From assembly GCA_051453625.1 (NCBI GenBank), contig JBOZIK010000001.1, forward strand, positions 38,647,405-38,667,404: 20,000 nucleotides of DNA. The letters are read 5' to 3'. The notes under the pieces were generated by a model. The model had not been told where the DNA came from and made no database searches. It worked only from the letters and a program-made list of their open reading frames with translations. Of the stretch, positions 1 to 13,671 are shown one piece after another. Made by a program: the position numbers and the translations under genes. How positions within the stretch are numbered: position 1 is the first letter of the stretch; each line of letters opens with the position of its first letter. This stretch comes from Welwitschia mirabilis (lineage: Eukaryota).

Positions 1-899
1 TAACAAATGGATGAGGAAAATTGATGAATCCAAAATATGATGTATCTTTGTATTTAATATTAACTTGTTTTAATTATAAAGTTATAATTATCATTTAACT
101 TAATTATAAATTTTTATGTTAGTAGGTTAGTGGTTAATTGCTAAGCATAAATTATATTAATCAATGTTGTAGTTACAATTATTACTTAACATGAAGATAA
201 AAATAGAATGAAAAAAATAAAATTTAGAAAAACCTAATAAATGTAGCTAACTTTGAGAAGAAAGAAAAGGAACTAATTACTAAAAGAAATGTATTGGGAT
301 ATAAATAATGGAGACTAGATTTATAAGACATATTTAGGCAAGTAAAAAGACCAGGAATGGTGCTTTGCATGAGATTCGCTGAGGTAGTCCATAGAACGTC
401 CAATGCTCCTTGCGAAGGAAAAACATGCATTAACCCAAGATTTAATGATTTATGTTTAAAAAAATATTATATAATCAATTGATTTAATATAATAAATGCA
501 TAATGTTTAATGCTAAGTGTTATACTTGTGTAGCAACATTTCATGTTAATGAAAAATTTAAAAGTTATTATTTATGTTGTCTTTATTATCACATTAGTTA
601 AAAAAGTATTGTTTTATCTATTTTTCCTATAGTATGTGCTACTAAACATATGTTGAGATATTTTTAATGTTTAAAAATAAGTGCTATTTTATCATTTTAA
701 TTTAATTGCATGAATGAACTTACATTTTCCTCCTTAAAAACATGTATATTTTGTATATAATAACAATGAGTTAGCCTTAAAAGTATTCAAGTTTTTCTTT
801 ATCAAGATTTTATCTTGGTAATGAAATTTGAATTAAGTTGGTTGAAGATTTAATCATCTTAGCTAGTTCCATAGTAACTGAATGAATTAAACATCAATT

Positions 900-3477
900 T
901 TTAAAATGATGATATCATGCTTCGAGCATTCATGGATTTATTTGGATGCTTAACATAATAATTTAACTCGACATAAGGAAATCAAACATACATAATTTAT
1001 AATAAAGCATAGATAAATCTCCTAGATTAAATTGCATATATAGTAGAAGTATATAGTGTCAAATTGATGGATCACTCTCACATAAACTATTTTGCAAATA
1101 TTATATATTACTTTATCAAACTATTACTTTATATGATAAAATAACTATCTCTAAGTGAGTTTCATGTAAATATCACACGACAAAAATTAAATATTAAGTA
1201 GTACATGTGTAAAAAGAATAAAATTCAGAAGATGTGAAAATATGTTAAATAAAAAGTAAATCAACTTTTGTAAACATTCACTATTAATTTAATGACCATT
1301 TATAACTCAATGAATGATTTAGAACGTTCAAATAGTTATAACTACTTAAGTAATTATTAAGTAAAAATAAATTTCCATGAAAACTTATTATCTAAGATAA
1401 TGCAAAATGGATGGATATGATAATTCAAACATACTATTCCATTTTATACTAATAGTTCAACAACTTATAATCACAACATAACATTTTGAAAATAGGATTC
1501 TTCAAACTAACAATGTAAAATGAATGACTTTAATAATATTTTCACTAAATATTCATACATTTTACTTGGACAATAACTCTTAATTAAGCCTAAATTAAGT
1601 CATAAAAGAAATGTAACATCTAAATTAGCTATGAATTAATAATAAGTAATGGAAAAAAACACATCAAAGTGTATGTAATCAAAGTAAAACTTAGTCAGTT
1701 TCATGATATTTTAACTGAAAGAAACATAGGAAAGAAATGGAACAAAGAGAAAAGAAAGATAATAAACTCCAAAAAGGAAACTTATATCTTTCCACAACTC
1801 TTAAAATACTTATAATATGTTTTAAAACAAGTTTTTAAAACTAAATATTTAAGATTAAATAAAACTGATTAAAACAAATAAGATACAAACTCACTAGAAA
1901 ATTCTGCCAAAACTTACAATTAGCCCTACTTTAACCTAAAATATTAAGAGATGTATCAAACTTATAAGAAAATGGATTTCATATTTTGAAAGTACTCAAA
2001 TTATACTATAACACAATATCTTAAACATTTTGAAAACATGTCAATATTAATGGAAAATTTTAATAAGAAAAAATAGGAAAATTAAGATCTCATAGTATAA
2101 AAAACTTTCTAAGTAAAATTGCAACTTTGGTATAAATGGTTAAAAATGGAATTTTGAAGGATAAATTGGGGTTTAAACTCATAATACATAAAAGTTTATA
2201 AATCATGATAGGAATCTACTAATAAAATGTTAGAGAAATTGGAGTTGTAAAGAAAGTGACACAGTCAAATAAGCACTAAAATTAACTAGTTCTACCTCAG
2301 TTTGAGACAATAGCAAGAGACAAAAGTGCTAATGTGATAATCAAAAATTTCAATTTCAAAATTTAGTATATCAAATATTTCCATGATAAATTTAAGTTAT
2401 AGGAAAGTAGAAAAGAGAAATTCATCATCCATTACTTATGAAGAAAGATGTAATCTTGAGAAACTGTACTAGAAGTAATAAGAAGAATAGATGAAAGAAG
2501 AGAGAAAATAAATATAAAACATGATTTATTTGACAAAACGTTACCAACCATGAAAAATTAGCCAATTGTATGATAGGAACTAAATTTTCTACAATTCTGT
2601 TAGTGCTAAATATGTAACATGCTCTATGAAGTCTAATTGAATTGAAAGAAATATATGATATAAATGCACAAATCAAGTAAACATAAGAATAGAAAACATC
2701 AATAAAAATAACAATTATTAGTTTCAAATGCAATCACAACCATTTCCATTAATCTTCAATCCATATTCTTGCAAGATCTGATGCCTTATTCCCATCTTAC
2801 ATCACCCATTCACATGCACTTTAGCATCCTTATAATGCTCTCTAGATGGATGAAATTGGAGAAAAGGATACGGAAAATGATTTTAAGAGGACATGGGAAG
2901 CTAAAAATGGATATACATGTTAGCAGTGGATGGAAATAAAGAATAGAGTACACTTCCAAAGTTGATATAGAGAGAAGATTAGCATGGAAGTAGATAAATA
3001 AGAGATAGAATGTAGATAAAAGTTCCTTTCAATGCTTGAAAGTCAAATTTAAAGCATGTACTTGGCTTATGATGTAACTTGATGTATAGTTTGGAATTAA
3101 GAAGGGTCTTTATAAATGCACTATGTTTAGTTTTAGGTGAAGAGTTTGTCATGACTTACACTTTTTACCATGTGATTTACATTAAGAAATTGTTAATAGT
3201 TACATGATGCTAGAGTGCTAATTTGTATTAGGAAATGGGACTATAATACCATAATAGTTACACTAGGAAGCATAAAAATATAAAATTACAAATTAATACA
3301 ATTTTAATTATTTTAACTAATATTAGATTAAGACATCATGTTTGACTTAAAAATGACTAGTACTAAATAAATTATGGCTTCTAAAATGAAAAGTTTCAAG
3401 GTAGTGATGTCCTCATAAGATCTAATGTGATTTGATGGTCATGAATCTAGTATAAAAAATGAGTTAAAGTTATCACA
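900..3477 (-). mobile_element. Putative long, highly decayed LTR-like repeat (Tekay-like), reverse orientation; left boundary undefined
   Basis: Non-coding, A-rich on +, ending ...AAGTTATCACA at 3477 (TGTGATAAC on minus, LTR-terminus-like). No target-site duplication found; compositional impression only. Confidence 0.25.
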
Positions 3478-3809
3478 TTAGCAATTGGATGACATAAGAT
3501 GATGGAAGAGGGACTATGAGACATCTCTAAGACTAATAGGTTAAATAAGTCTTCCATGCTTCATATTATTCCCTTTGATCTAGACCTCCTAATTATGATC
3601 ATCATAATTAGCCTTAAACTAGATCATAATGCATTAGTTTGAGCTCTTTGAACATCTGATAACTCTATGATTTAAAAAGTACAAAAACATCTCTAAGTAT
3701 AGTATTATAATTCTCAAAGTAATGGAAAAATTATGAATATTAATACCCTATTTTATTTTATTAAAAATTTAAGCTTCATCAATAAGCCTCTATTTTTTCA
3801 AAAATAAAT

Positions 3810-3859
3810 GATTAAATATAATCTTTAGATTAATAGATTAAATATAATCTTTAGGTTAA
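3810..3859. repeat. 26-bp tandem duplication (about 2 copies)
   Basis: GATTAAATATAATCTTTAGATTAATA followed by GATTAAATATAATCTTTAGGTTAA. Confidence 0.9.
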
Positions 3860-5811
3860 CTGTGTAACATTGCTAGTGTTTTTAGTAGTGCACAGTTGTC
3901 TTTTATCTATGCATTCTTCTATTCATAACTTGGCTTTGCCAATTAGTCTAACATTTCAATAATTTCCTCTCTTTGAATAGTTTGTAAATCACTGAGAGAT
4001 GTGGATACCATGGTTTTCTACTTTCCACTAGATTCTCCAATTTTTTATGATCTGAGCCACTATACATCTAAGATTTTATATTTTTATTATAAGAAAATAA
4101 TTATATTAATGATATAATAAATTTTTAGGTATAGTATTTTAATATAGTATTCTATATTGATATACTTCTTTTTAACCATAAAGTAAGTAGTAAACTTTAG
4201 TGGACTATCTTTGGATTTCTAATATGGATATTATATATGTATGCATTGCTATTGTTAGATATGCAACAATTATAAAGACATAATATTTTACTAGTGTAAA
4301 TTAGAGAGGTCTTCTATAACTATGAAAGATACAAGGATTTTGATCATTATAATAATCTCTTCTTCTACATGGAATATTTAAATACTATAAATGCTATTGA
4401 CTATGGCTTTAAAGTATTCTTACCATATAATTTCAAAGGTAGAAAAGTCAGTGTAAATCTTGAATTTATCTTTGTTAATGATTTATTTGAGCACCTTGCT
4501 TTCAATCTTTTCTCATGATATGTTTTATTGTAAATCTTAGGTTATATATCAAGAAACATTTCTTTCTTAGAATAGATTAATTTATTTATATTAGATTATA
4601 ACATCAAAGCCTTACATGTTATGTTGGTTACTAAATATTACTTTGCAAGTTAGAATAATTGTATATCTTTTGATTAAGTTACCACATATATCCCTGTGGA
4701 AGAATGATACCAAGTATTTCACTTAGTTAAATCTAGCTCAATGTTATACGTAAACATCACCCAAGACTATTAATAGGGTTTTTATGTTTTTTACTTAGCT
4801 GATAGCGAGAATAATTCTATTCATTTAAATATTTATACACATGTACATGCACTATCATGAGGTTAAACTAATAATTCCTATTTGATTCTGGTTCCTATTC
4901 ATTGCTCTTCCACTGTTTGCTTTAATGAATGTGTATTGGTTCTAGAGAATATTACTGGGAATGAAGAAAATAAAACAGGCTTGAGAGCTAAATCTATGAT
5001 ATCTGCTGCCTATGTATTTTAGTTATTTCACTGAGCTATTTATCTTTTATGTTGAAATCTCTTCTGAATCATTCAAGTTATGATTTTTCTTCCTATGGAT
5101 GATATTTACTCTTTGTAAATTCATGGTGCTAGTTATGGCTCTAATTTGAGCCAAATTTTGTCCAAAAAAACCAAAAAAAAAAAAAAATCAACCAAGGCTT
5201 ATTGCCAGTGAAATACACTATTGATTGAGAAGTAACTAATTTTCAATTTTAAACCTTAAGCAATATTAAAAGTTTAAAGTATATTGAGTGAAAAAGAAAA
5301 GAAAACCAAACAAAATAGAAAAGGAACTTGGTTTTGATATAATCAAGTTAAGTAGATCTTACTGAACATCCTAACTTAACTTGATCTATCTAAGTTATAA
5401 GTGAAATCAAGACCTATGGGAGAAAATCAATCAAGTGGATCTTTCTCCACATTCCAATGATCAAGGCCTACTTTTACTTTTAAAAATTAGGGCCTTCATT
5501 ATAGAAGAGTTTCATTGTCATTTTCTCCTTAAGGATAATTGTGATACAAATATAGTAAAACAATGCATGCTTATAAACTAATAAAAAAAATTTAAGAAAA
5601 TATTCAAGGGCAAGAATGAAAATAGAAAAAAGTATTTTTACAATTACAGACTAAAGCTAGAAATGAGCGTAGCTTTCAGAATCTAACATAAACCTAAGAA
5701 TAACAACAAGAGTTCCTATAATGGAAATAGGTTTTCTTTATTATTAAATTGGAAATTTTGAAGCTTCGTCAATACTTGAACATGGTGACATGATGTTATT
5801 TACCATATTAA

Positions 5812-6991
5812 TGTTGGTGAAGATCTCAAGTCATCTTATCCCTTATAGCATATCTATATAAACATGGAAAATAAAATGTGATTCCCAAAGATCATTAAAC
5901 ATCAGTATAAACTATAGACTAAGATGTAAACATAAAGAAATCACTTAGAAATATATAAAAATCTCAACATATTTTAGTACAAGAAGTATGACAAGTATGT
6001 AAGACATCCATGCTTACCATAAAAGATTACACCAAGTATTAACTTCTAGTTCTTCAACTTATGAAAAGCATTAAAAGTATGTCACAAGCGACACTTAAAA
6101 TCAAGAGACTAAACCAAAGAATAATAGCATTTTATTAATGAAATAGAGCAAAACTACATAACATAAATAAAAACACCAAGCTACAAACAAAATTTCATGC
6201 TAGCCTTAAGGGTTACCCATCCTAAGTAAAAGATATAGAAGAAATACATGGAAATCATCAATCTAAGCATGAAGTACAATAGATTCTATTCAAATTTTAT
6301 GAAAAGGTTGATCAAATTATTTCTTCTATTTTCTTCTCTTTCATATTAGGCACTTAGCCCTTTTTATAGAGAAAACTAGTATTAGGATTTGGATGTTTTA
6401 GGGTTTTCCTGATTATGATTTGACATTGAAATCAATCATTTTACAGTGGTGGATAATGGTAGTTTTTGGTATTATACATGATTGGCCTTATAACTGAAAA
6501 TCGAACATTTCTTCATAGCAAATCAAAATGTAAGTTTAGAAGGAATTTTGCAAAAGAGACCAACGTTGTTATGTAAATAATTAATATTGGCTATGTTTTG
6601 TGCCTGTCCAGCTCTAATTTGTGTCACATGCTTTAAAATGTTGCTGAATTCCTAAAAATATCATGGAAAATGCATAGCATCAATTATGGCATAAGAAATA
6701 GCATAAGATATACTTTTATGATTACAATGGTTAAATCACTATCTTCACTAAGATAAATTAATATGATATCTTGAGATAATTGTCAATTTTTACATGTTAA
6801 AACCCAACTTTACTTACAACCATTTTAATTACTCAAAAATTCCAAATAATGTGAAAATATTTAAAATATGCACTCAAAAGTGCACATACATAAAGAAGAG
6901 ATAAATGCTTAGTGTAAAACATATGTGTGAAACACTACTACCTAATTGTAAAAGGATTAAAAGCCTTATTATGTATGTAAATTACTTATCT
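5812..6991 (-). mobile_element. Putative decayed solo LTR-like repeat (Athila-like), reverse orientation
   Basis: The minus strand starts (A)GATAAGTAATTTAC at ~6991, has TATA-like CTATAAAAAGGG at ~6358-6369 followed by a purine-rich tract, and ends ...CCAACA at 5812. No matching TSD. Confidence 0.3.
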
Positions 6992-7608
6992 TTTAGAAAC
7001 CCCATGTATAAGAGAAGTCACAACTCTAAATGAATGAAAGTCTGATAACATAGCTAATGATAGGAAAATGGCATTATCAGCTCAAGATGAGAGATTAAAT
7101 GACAGTAAAATTAGACCCACAAGGAACGCAAGCATTTGGAGCCCAGCACCATTTAAGAGAGCACAGTGGTGATCTTTGTTAAAAGATTATAGCAAAAGTT
7201 AGCAACACCTTTAATAGAAAATGGTAGGCACGACATTTATTTTTTTAAACATCATGTCATTTTTGAAAGGGTTGTGATCAAATAAGAGCTACATTAAAGT
7301 TTTTAAGAAGCCACTTCAGATTTACTATGCTTCTATCAAATGGCTGAGGGAGTAGATGTAGCATCATGTAAGAGAGAGTAGTAGTGTAAGTATAAATAGT
7401 TTATAGAAAAGGCTAAATGACTGTGCGTTATTACATCACTGTGGATGATGGCATTTCCTATTAGATTAAAGGAAAAGGGCAAGAATGGCTAAAAATAAAA
7501 AAACGTTTGTAACCAAAGTGGTACAGTAAAAAACCACAATAAAAAAATGAAGTAGCAAAACTACATTGATGGTAAAATCTGTGTTATCCCATAGCTCATT
7601 TTATTACT

Positions 7609-7609
<1 letters not shown>

Positions 7610-7665
<56 letters not shown>
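7610..7665. repeat. (AG)28 perfect microsatellite
   Basis: Directly visible uninterrupted dinucleotide tract of 56 bp. Confidence 0.99.
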
Positions 7666-7667
<2 letters not shown>

Positions 7668-9129
7668 TAAGCTTGTTCTGTGCACATTATCCTAAACATA
7701 AAAATGTAGAAAATATTAATATGCATTTTATGGTGATGACGCAAAGTCTCTGATGTCAATGGAATGGTACTTTAGCACCTTTAAAAGTAACTTTCCTTTC
7801 AACTGAAAGCTCTACAACTCGGAATTCCAAAGGCAAAATTTTGAGAGAAATAAGATTATGGTAGTCACTATGAAAATGTGCAGAAAATAAATGGTGTCTT
7901 AGAAAAACTGCTTGACATATGAAAGAAACAGAAATTGAGGATCGTGACGATGCAAAAAAAGTGCTCAGAGATGGCAGTGGCATGACAATTCTCAAGAAAG
8001 CAGTAAAAGGATAGTAATGACACTCACTGTGGAGAGATTGTGTTTACGTATAGAGCATAGCAGTTTCTTCTTATAGCATGTTCTTTATTAAATTACAACA
8101 CAAATAAATAGTATGCCATATTAGGAGTATCTTACAACTCCAAACTTTGTTATTTCAATTATTTAAGGGTCGCAATGATGAAAAAAATACCCAATTCTAC
8201 TACAAACAAGGCTACTTCCACTACTAAAAAAGCTAGATAATCAAGTCTGCTTCTCTAATTCTGCTAAATGGTTTTGCATTAATAAAAGGAAAAAAAAAGA
8301 AACTTTATAAATTTGCTAATTCAGTGTCCTTGTTTAATGCCAAAGAAAACAAGAATTTCATGCTTATCAATATTATGTTATGAAAGCAAAATACCAAATG
8401 ATGAGAAGTCTATTTAGAAGTTTCTTATACACATAGAAAATCCTTGGTAAGATGCAGCCAACTAGCCCAAAACTTCTTATAAAAATAATCAAATGAGATC
8501 CATTGTTATGGCTCTAGGGGAGTTTTAAAAGCCTATATTTTCAGTCTCTTTAACCTATAATATATTCTTCTTACTCCATTAGTAATAGCTCTTAAAGTAC
8601 CCTATGATGGCACTCCAAAAATTGAAAAACTAATAAACTTGCAATATATGCAAGAATCAAGTAGTAAGCTTTCAAGCAAGAGCCTATTAAATAAGCTCCA
8701 CAATCCTCAGATCCATAGCAAACTAGTAAAGTTCTTATTTTAAAACTACACAAAAAAACTTTTGCTTAGCTAATAGAAAAAAATCTACACCTAAAAAAGT
8801 TATTACATGCAAAACCTATGAAAAAGATCTAAGCATAAACACTAGGTCTCAAAAAAACTACAAATAGATTTAAAAAGATATTTAAAAAAAAAGGCATGCA
8901 AAGCATACAAGAGGTCATGCAAACTACCTAGGAGTCTTAGGAACCCTAGCTTAATCTCTAATACTACATACAAAGGCAAAGCAATATTTTTAAGATCATA
9001 TTTTTATTTTTTCTTCCTTTTCAAATAATAGAGCTTACTTTTATAGGCAATCATACTCAACTAGGTTTTCATTGGGGTTTTCATTTTTCTTAAGTATAGT
9101 ATCAATTGTAACTTATTATTTTCCTAGAA

Positions 9130-10400
9130 AAAATATCTTTCTCTTATAGGGTGGTCTTTGATTTACAAATCTAGCATTTAATCTATCCATGTTTATTATT
9201 CTTCTTATTAGGCTTCTTCAAAAGTTACTTATTCAAAAGTTGAAAAATTTCTTCTGAGGTTCATTTGGTCTTATAAAGAAGGTAAAGAAGGCTATTATAA
9301 AGTTTCTTATAATATTATGGTCTTGTCTAAAGAAAAGAGTGATTTAGATTTCCTTGATTTATATTCTTAAGGAGTTGGCATAGCTAAAAAATCAATTCTT
9401 CAAATTTGTTTCTCTGTTTCTAGTTTATTCATTGTCGGTTCTTAAGTTTAAGATTTATTTGCTAAGAACAACCTAATATAGAAGAATATTCATCCAATTA
9501 ATTAGTTCTTTACTCCATATGTTATTATCATTCAAGGAACATGTGTTTTTAAAAGTGTTTAAAAGGGTTGGTAAAGACTTCATTCTTTTGATTTTTAAAC
9601 AACTCTAAAAACTCTTATAGATTTGATTCAATATATTATTCTTTAGTGCTTATCTCTTACTCCTGTTTTTTAGTGATTACAAACCCCAAACTAGCTACAA
9701 TATAATTCGATAAAGGATTGACTTTTTTGTGAAGCTTGTAGGTAAAAAATAACTAGATATGCTTGATGGATTTTCAATATACTTATAGGAATTATGATGG
9801 CCTTTGATAAGCTTTCATTAAACTTCAATAACTTTTTATTCATGTTTGTCATATCTCAGATAATGGCTTTCTGCATATAGAGGATCTACATTAAATAGAT
9901 CATACACATGTTCTTTTGTTTTTCTCAAGTAAAACTTACACTTTTCTATTAAGTGCTATCAATGTAGGAGCTATTTTTAATGACAAATGGCACATGCAAC
10001 ACACATCATCTCTTTGGATTTCTACTTTAAGAATTATTCGAAAGATTTTAGCTCTTCTAAAAATAAATAATTTTCTTTGGTACCTAATTTTTTAAGTTCT
10101 TCATATTAGTAATTACTTACAAAATTTGGGAGTGTTTAATCCACATTACCAAGATTTCCATCAATAGGATGATTTTATGCATGTTTTTGTTTAATGTTCA
10201 TTCACTAGAAATACATGGAATTGTGATTTTCTTGTCCTTCTTTATATTCTAATGAATTTGAACACATTATTCTAGGAACTAATTGGAATTTAGGTCGAGA
10301 TTAGATTTTTCTATGGAATGTTATTAGATGCTGCATTCTTGATTTTATATGGAAGTGAAGATGTGATTTACACTCTAGGGAAAAAAATGTCTTCACTTGA
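9130..10400 (+). mobile_element. Degenerate 5'-truncated L1-type LINE ORF2 C-terminal region (post-RT segment and zf-RVT)
   Basis: Plus-strand translation: KYLSLIGW...SIHVYYSSY*ASSK..YSKVEKFLLRFIWS...GYYKVSYNIMVLSKEKSDLDFLDL (cf. LS.AGR...IEK..R.FLW...KVAW..V..PKE.GGLG) at ~9130-9365; KINNFLWY......L.......DDFMHVFV*CSFTRNTW (zf-RVT) at ~10060-10220; IRCCILDFIWK*RC at ~10325-10365. Confidence 0.8.
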
Positions 10401-11520
10401 TTTTTCTTGCATATATCAAAAAATGTAGTATTTTTACTAGTATCTTTTCATATGTGTGCCTACACACTGAGAAGCAGTTGCAAGTGAAGTATTTGATGTA
10501 ATTATTTATGCCTTAGTTTCTTCCCAAGTAAAGTTAGCATAGTTTTGCCTCACTTTAGTGGTTTTTCCACCTTTCATAATGATTTTTCTTTTACGTTTTT
10601 GTAGTTTAACTACATTTTCAATTGTTAGATTCTTTTGTCCTTTTGATATTAATAAAACTTCTTTCCAAGATTTGATGCCACTCTTCTTCATTAATTATTA
10701 ATAATATGTTAATTCATTATTTACAAATTTCATTCACTAGTTAAACTATTAAATATTCACTAATCATATCTACTAGTTTTATTTCCCTCTTTACATGTTA
10801 TTTATCTCTATATTTTCCTTACCCTTCTTCTAATCTTATTTGTTTTTATTTATTTATTTATTTTTAATTATTTATTAACTAGTGAAAAACAATAAATACT
10901 ACTAATCATAATATTTGTACATCATGAAAAATAAAATCACATTTATTGGGAGTGTTGAGTCTCAAATAAAAAGTTTTATATTAAGATCAACAAAGTCAAG
11001 TTTACCTACAATGTAAAATTACATCCAGACATTAAAAAGAAATAAGTAGGAATAAAATCCTAAAGACAATCACAAATTAAAGCATGAGAAGAGCTAATAT
11101 TCAAAATAAATAGGACTAATTTATGGTGGTTTCCTGCATTGAAGTATGGATGAAAAGGTAGATGTTGATAAGAAACTAAAGGGTCATCCACCGAGTGTAT
11201 TAAAAATTATAGGAGGTCTTCAAGTGAACTTTCTCTGCTTACAATCTAATTTGGAACATAGCATGATAAAAAACATAGGTCTTCTTAAGTTATGATTATC
11301 GTAATTACTATTCTCTTTAGAGATACCCAATAAAATTCAAATGATACATAAAATATTAGCATAATCCCTATGTAATAATGACGTATAAAAATTAAAATCA
11401 CATTTGTAAATGTGAAACTTGATAGTATTATTATATCATATAGAAAAAAATTGGTAGTTGTTCATAAAATACTGTGCACTAAGGATCCATTATTGAACTA
11501 TATTTATTTAATGAAGATAG

Positions 11521-11560
11521 AGCATTATAATAATCCTCCATTTACAATGATTCTCTCCTA
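11521..11560 (-). other. Degenerate polypurine tract and start of the 3' LTR of the Tekay-like element (LTR begins ~11529 on the minus strand; far end not identified)
   Basis: About 60 bp after the pol C-terminus the minus strand reads GGAGAGAATCATTGTAAATGGAGGATTAT|TATAATGCTC. It resembles the Tekay junction GAGGACGAAATT..TTTAAGGGGGGAAGAAT|TGTAAYACCC, mostly via transitions. Confidence 0.55.
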
Positions 11561-11599
11561 TACACCATAGCTTATATAAAAGTTTGACATAATGCTATT

Positions 11600-13134
11600 T
11601 TTAAATAAATAAGGATATAACTTTTTGTTTCATATTGTAATTTTCATGTAGCTTATTTAACACTACAATGATGTCACTTGATTTTTTTGAGATCTCCTTT
11701 TTCGATAGCTAAACCATATAATAATTTAGAATTGACTTTGACCCCTCTACAATTCAATAATTAGTTTTCACATGTAGGTTTTATAAATTTATAACATGAG
11801 ATGGATTATAAATATACTTTCTTAGCATTTTAACGTTAAATAAATTATTCATGTATGCCAAGTGGATATTTAAAGCTAACCTATACGTCAAACATCAAAC
11901 CTTTTAAGTGCTAACTTTGTCCTTTTCATGCTTCTCATAACAACTTTCATGACGATGACTTTAGGAATACATGTTTACTCACTTGAATTTCTAATGTTAT
12001 TCTTCTTTTATTAGCATAGCTTTCTCTCTGTCTAGATCTTCATATATTTTTTGGCTGGTTATTTTTATTCCATTTTCTATTTATTATGTATTTTTTGGTT
12101 ACATAACCATTTTGTTTTTAAGCTTACTTCATGATACTAGTAATTCACATTTTCTATCATCTAAGGCTTCAAATGGAGTTAAATCAATAAAACTATGATA
12201 ATTATTATTCTTAAAAATTCTATAAGCAATAAATAACCTTTCCAACTTTATGATTTATTTAAGATGCATGCTCTTAATAAATCTTCTAACACTTAGTTTA
12301 TCCATTTTGCTTAGCCATCTATTTGACTGTAGCCTATAATTCTTGTCAAAATTTAGAAGTTTAATGAGAGTCCATATTTGAAGTAATTATCATGAGAATT
12401 CCATCAAATCTAACAACATGTTTCAAGTAGACCTAATTAACCCTTATAAATACATATGTTAATTTAATAATAATAAAGTGTGTAAACTTAATTTATTTGT
12501 CTATTATTATATGATGAAATTATTTCTCTCTAAATTTTAGGTAATCTTATGACAAAATCCATATTGCGTTTATATGTTTGAATATCATTAAGATAATGGA
12601 TACCTCTAGGCTCCTAGTGTCCTACTATAATTTGTCGACATGTTAGACATTTAGCCACATATGTTACAACATACTGCTTCATTCCTAGTCATTAAATATT
12701 GGTTTTCATGTTTTGGTACATATTATTTTACTAAGATAACCAACTATAAAGGACAATGAAATTCTTGCATTAATATTTTCCTAACATTATCCACTTTAAG
12801 AATAATATAATCTCCTTCAAGTTGAATTATGCATTTTCTTATGCTATAATATCATACATCTTGTGATTTTAAACTCAATTCTTTTAATGTATGATAATTT
12901 TTATTCTTTTTTGGATCTTTCAAAATTATTTGTTTAAATTACCCTTAAATCTCTATGATTTCATTCAGGTATTCCCTCTGATTACAAACATCTGCTACAT
13001 TATCTCCTCTTTCCTCATGATATTGAATTTTAAAATCAACATCATAAAGAAAGTTAATCCATCTTTTTTATATAGAATTTAAGTTTGACTAAGTAAAAAC
13101 ATATTTAAAACTTTGATAGCTACTCTATACTTGA
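11600..13134 (-). mobile_element. Degenerate Ty3/gypsy chromovirus (Tekay/Del-like) pol 3' half: RNase H C-terminus, integrase (H2C2, core, GPY/F region), chromodomain-like tail
   Basis: Minus-strand translation: SFKYVFT*SNLN..*KRWINFLYDVDFKIQYH...NVAD (RNase H end); MYQNMK...GMKQYVVTYVAKCLTCRQI..GH (H2C2 zinc finger); MDFVIRLP; QIDG*A.WIN*VLEDLLRACIL (QTDGQSERVNQILEDMLRACVL); NNYHS.I.LTPFEAL..RKC; RQRESYANKRR..LEIQV..HVFLK; YRLAL.....NNLFNVKMLRKYIYNPSHVI; terminal LYPYLF (KYPHLF). The RH-INT-chromodomain order is that of chromoviruses. Confidence 0.93.
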
Positions 13135-13671
13135 NNNNNNNNNNNNNNNNNNNNNNNNNNNNNNNNNNNNNNNNNNNNNNNNNNNNNNNNNNNNNNNNNN
13201 NNNNNNNNNNNNNNNNNNNNNNNNNNNNNNNNNNNNNNNNNNNNNNNNNNNNNNNNNNNNNNNNNNNNNNNNNNNNNNNNNNNNNNNNNNNNNNNNNNNN
13301 NNNNNNNNNNNNNNNNNNNNNNNNNNNNNNNNNNNNNNNNNNNNNNNNNNNNNNNNNNNNNNNNNNNNNNNNNNNNNNNNNNNNNNNNNNNNNNNNNNNN
13401 NNNNNNNNNNNNNNNNNNNNNNNNNNNNNNNNNNNNNNNNNNNNNNNNNNNNNNNNNNNNNNNNNNNNNNNNNNNNNNNNNNNNNNNNNNNNNNNNNNNN
13501 NNNNNNNNNNNNNNNNNNNNNNNNNNNNNNNNNNNNNNNNNNNNNNNNNNNNNNNNNNNNNNNNNNNNNNNNNNNNNNNNNNNNNNNNNNNNNNNNNNNN
13601 NNNNNNNNNNNNNNNNNNNNNNNNNNNNNNNNNNNNNNNNNNNNNNNNNNNNNNNNNNNNNNNNNNNNNNN
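13135..13671. other. Assembly gap (537 N)
   Basis: N run. Confidence 1.

Larger units (their letters stand above)
22..4759 (+). mobile_element. Putative Athila-like LTR (probably a 3' LTR), interrupted by other repeat DNA
   Basis: Starts TGATG at 22 directly after purine-rich GGATGAGGAAAAT (PPT-like) and ends CATCA at 4759 (5-bp inverted termini). TCCCTGTGGAAGAATGATAC at 4691-4710 resembles the motif found shortly before Athila-like LTR ends. Linkage of the two ends is inferred only. Confidence 0.4.

Noticed and set aside
7355..7455. GTAGCATCAT ... GATGATGGCAT, reminiscent of miR172*/miR172 arms
   Set aside because: Only about 10 nt match; the rest of the mature sequence (AGAATCTTGATGATGCTGCAT) is absent and the arms do not form an extended duplex by eye.
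7919..8014. 31-aa plus-strand sORF MKETEIEDRDDAKKVLRDGSGMTILKKAVKG
   Set aside because: Too short to distinguish from chance and no known peptide motif recognised.
8450..9120. Possible further reverse-orientation LTR fragment (TTTTATAGGC at ~9039-9048, similar in layout to 6330-6420)
   Set aside because: Resemblance is only compositional; no termini, TSD or alignable similarity could be established by eye.
224..13082. Short ORFs 224-430, 2425-2733, 10506-10691 and 12891-13082
   Set aside because: Low-complexity F/I/L/K-rich products typical of AT-rich non-coding DNA. 12891-13082 is antisense to the gypsy pol. No recognisable domains.
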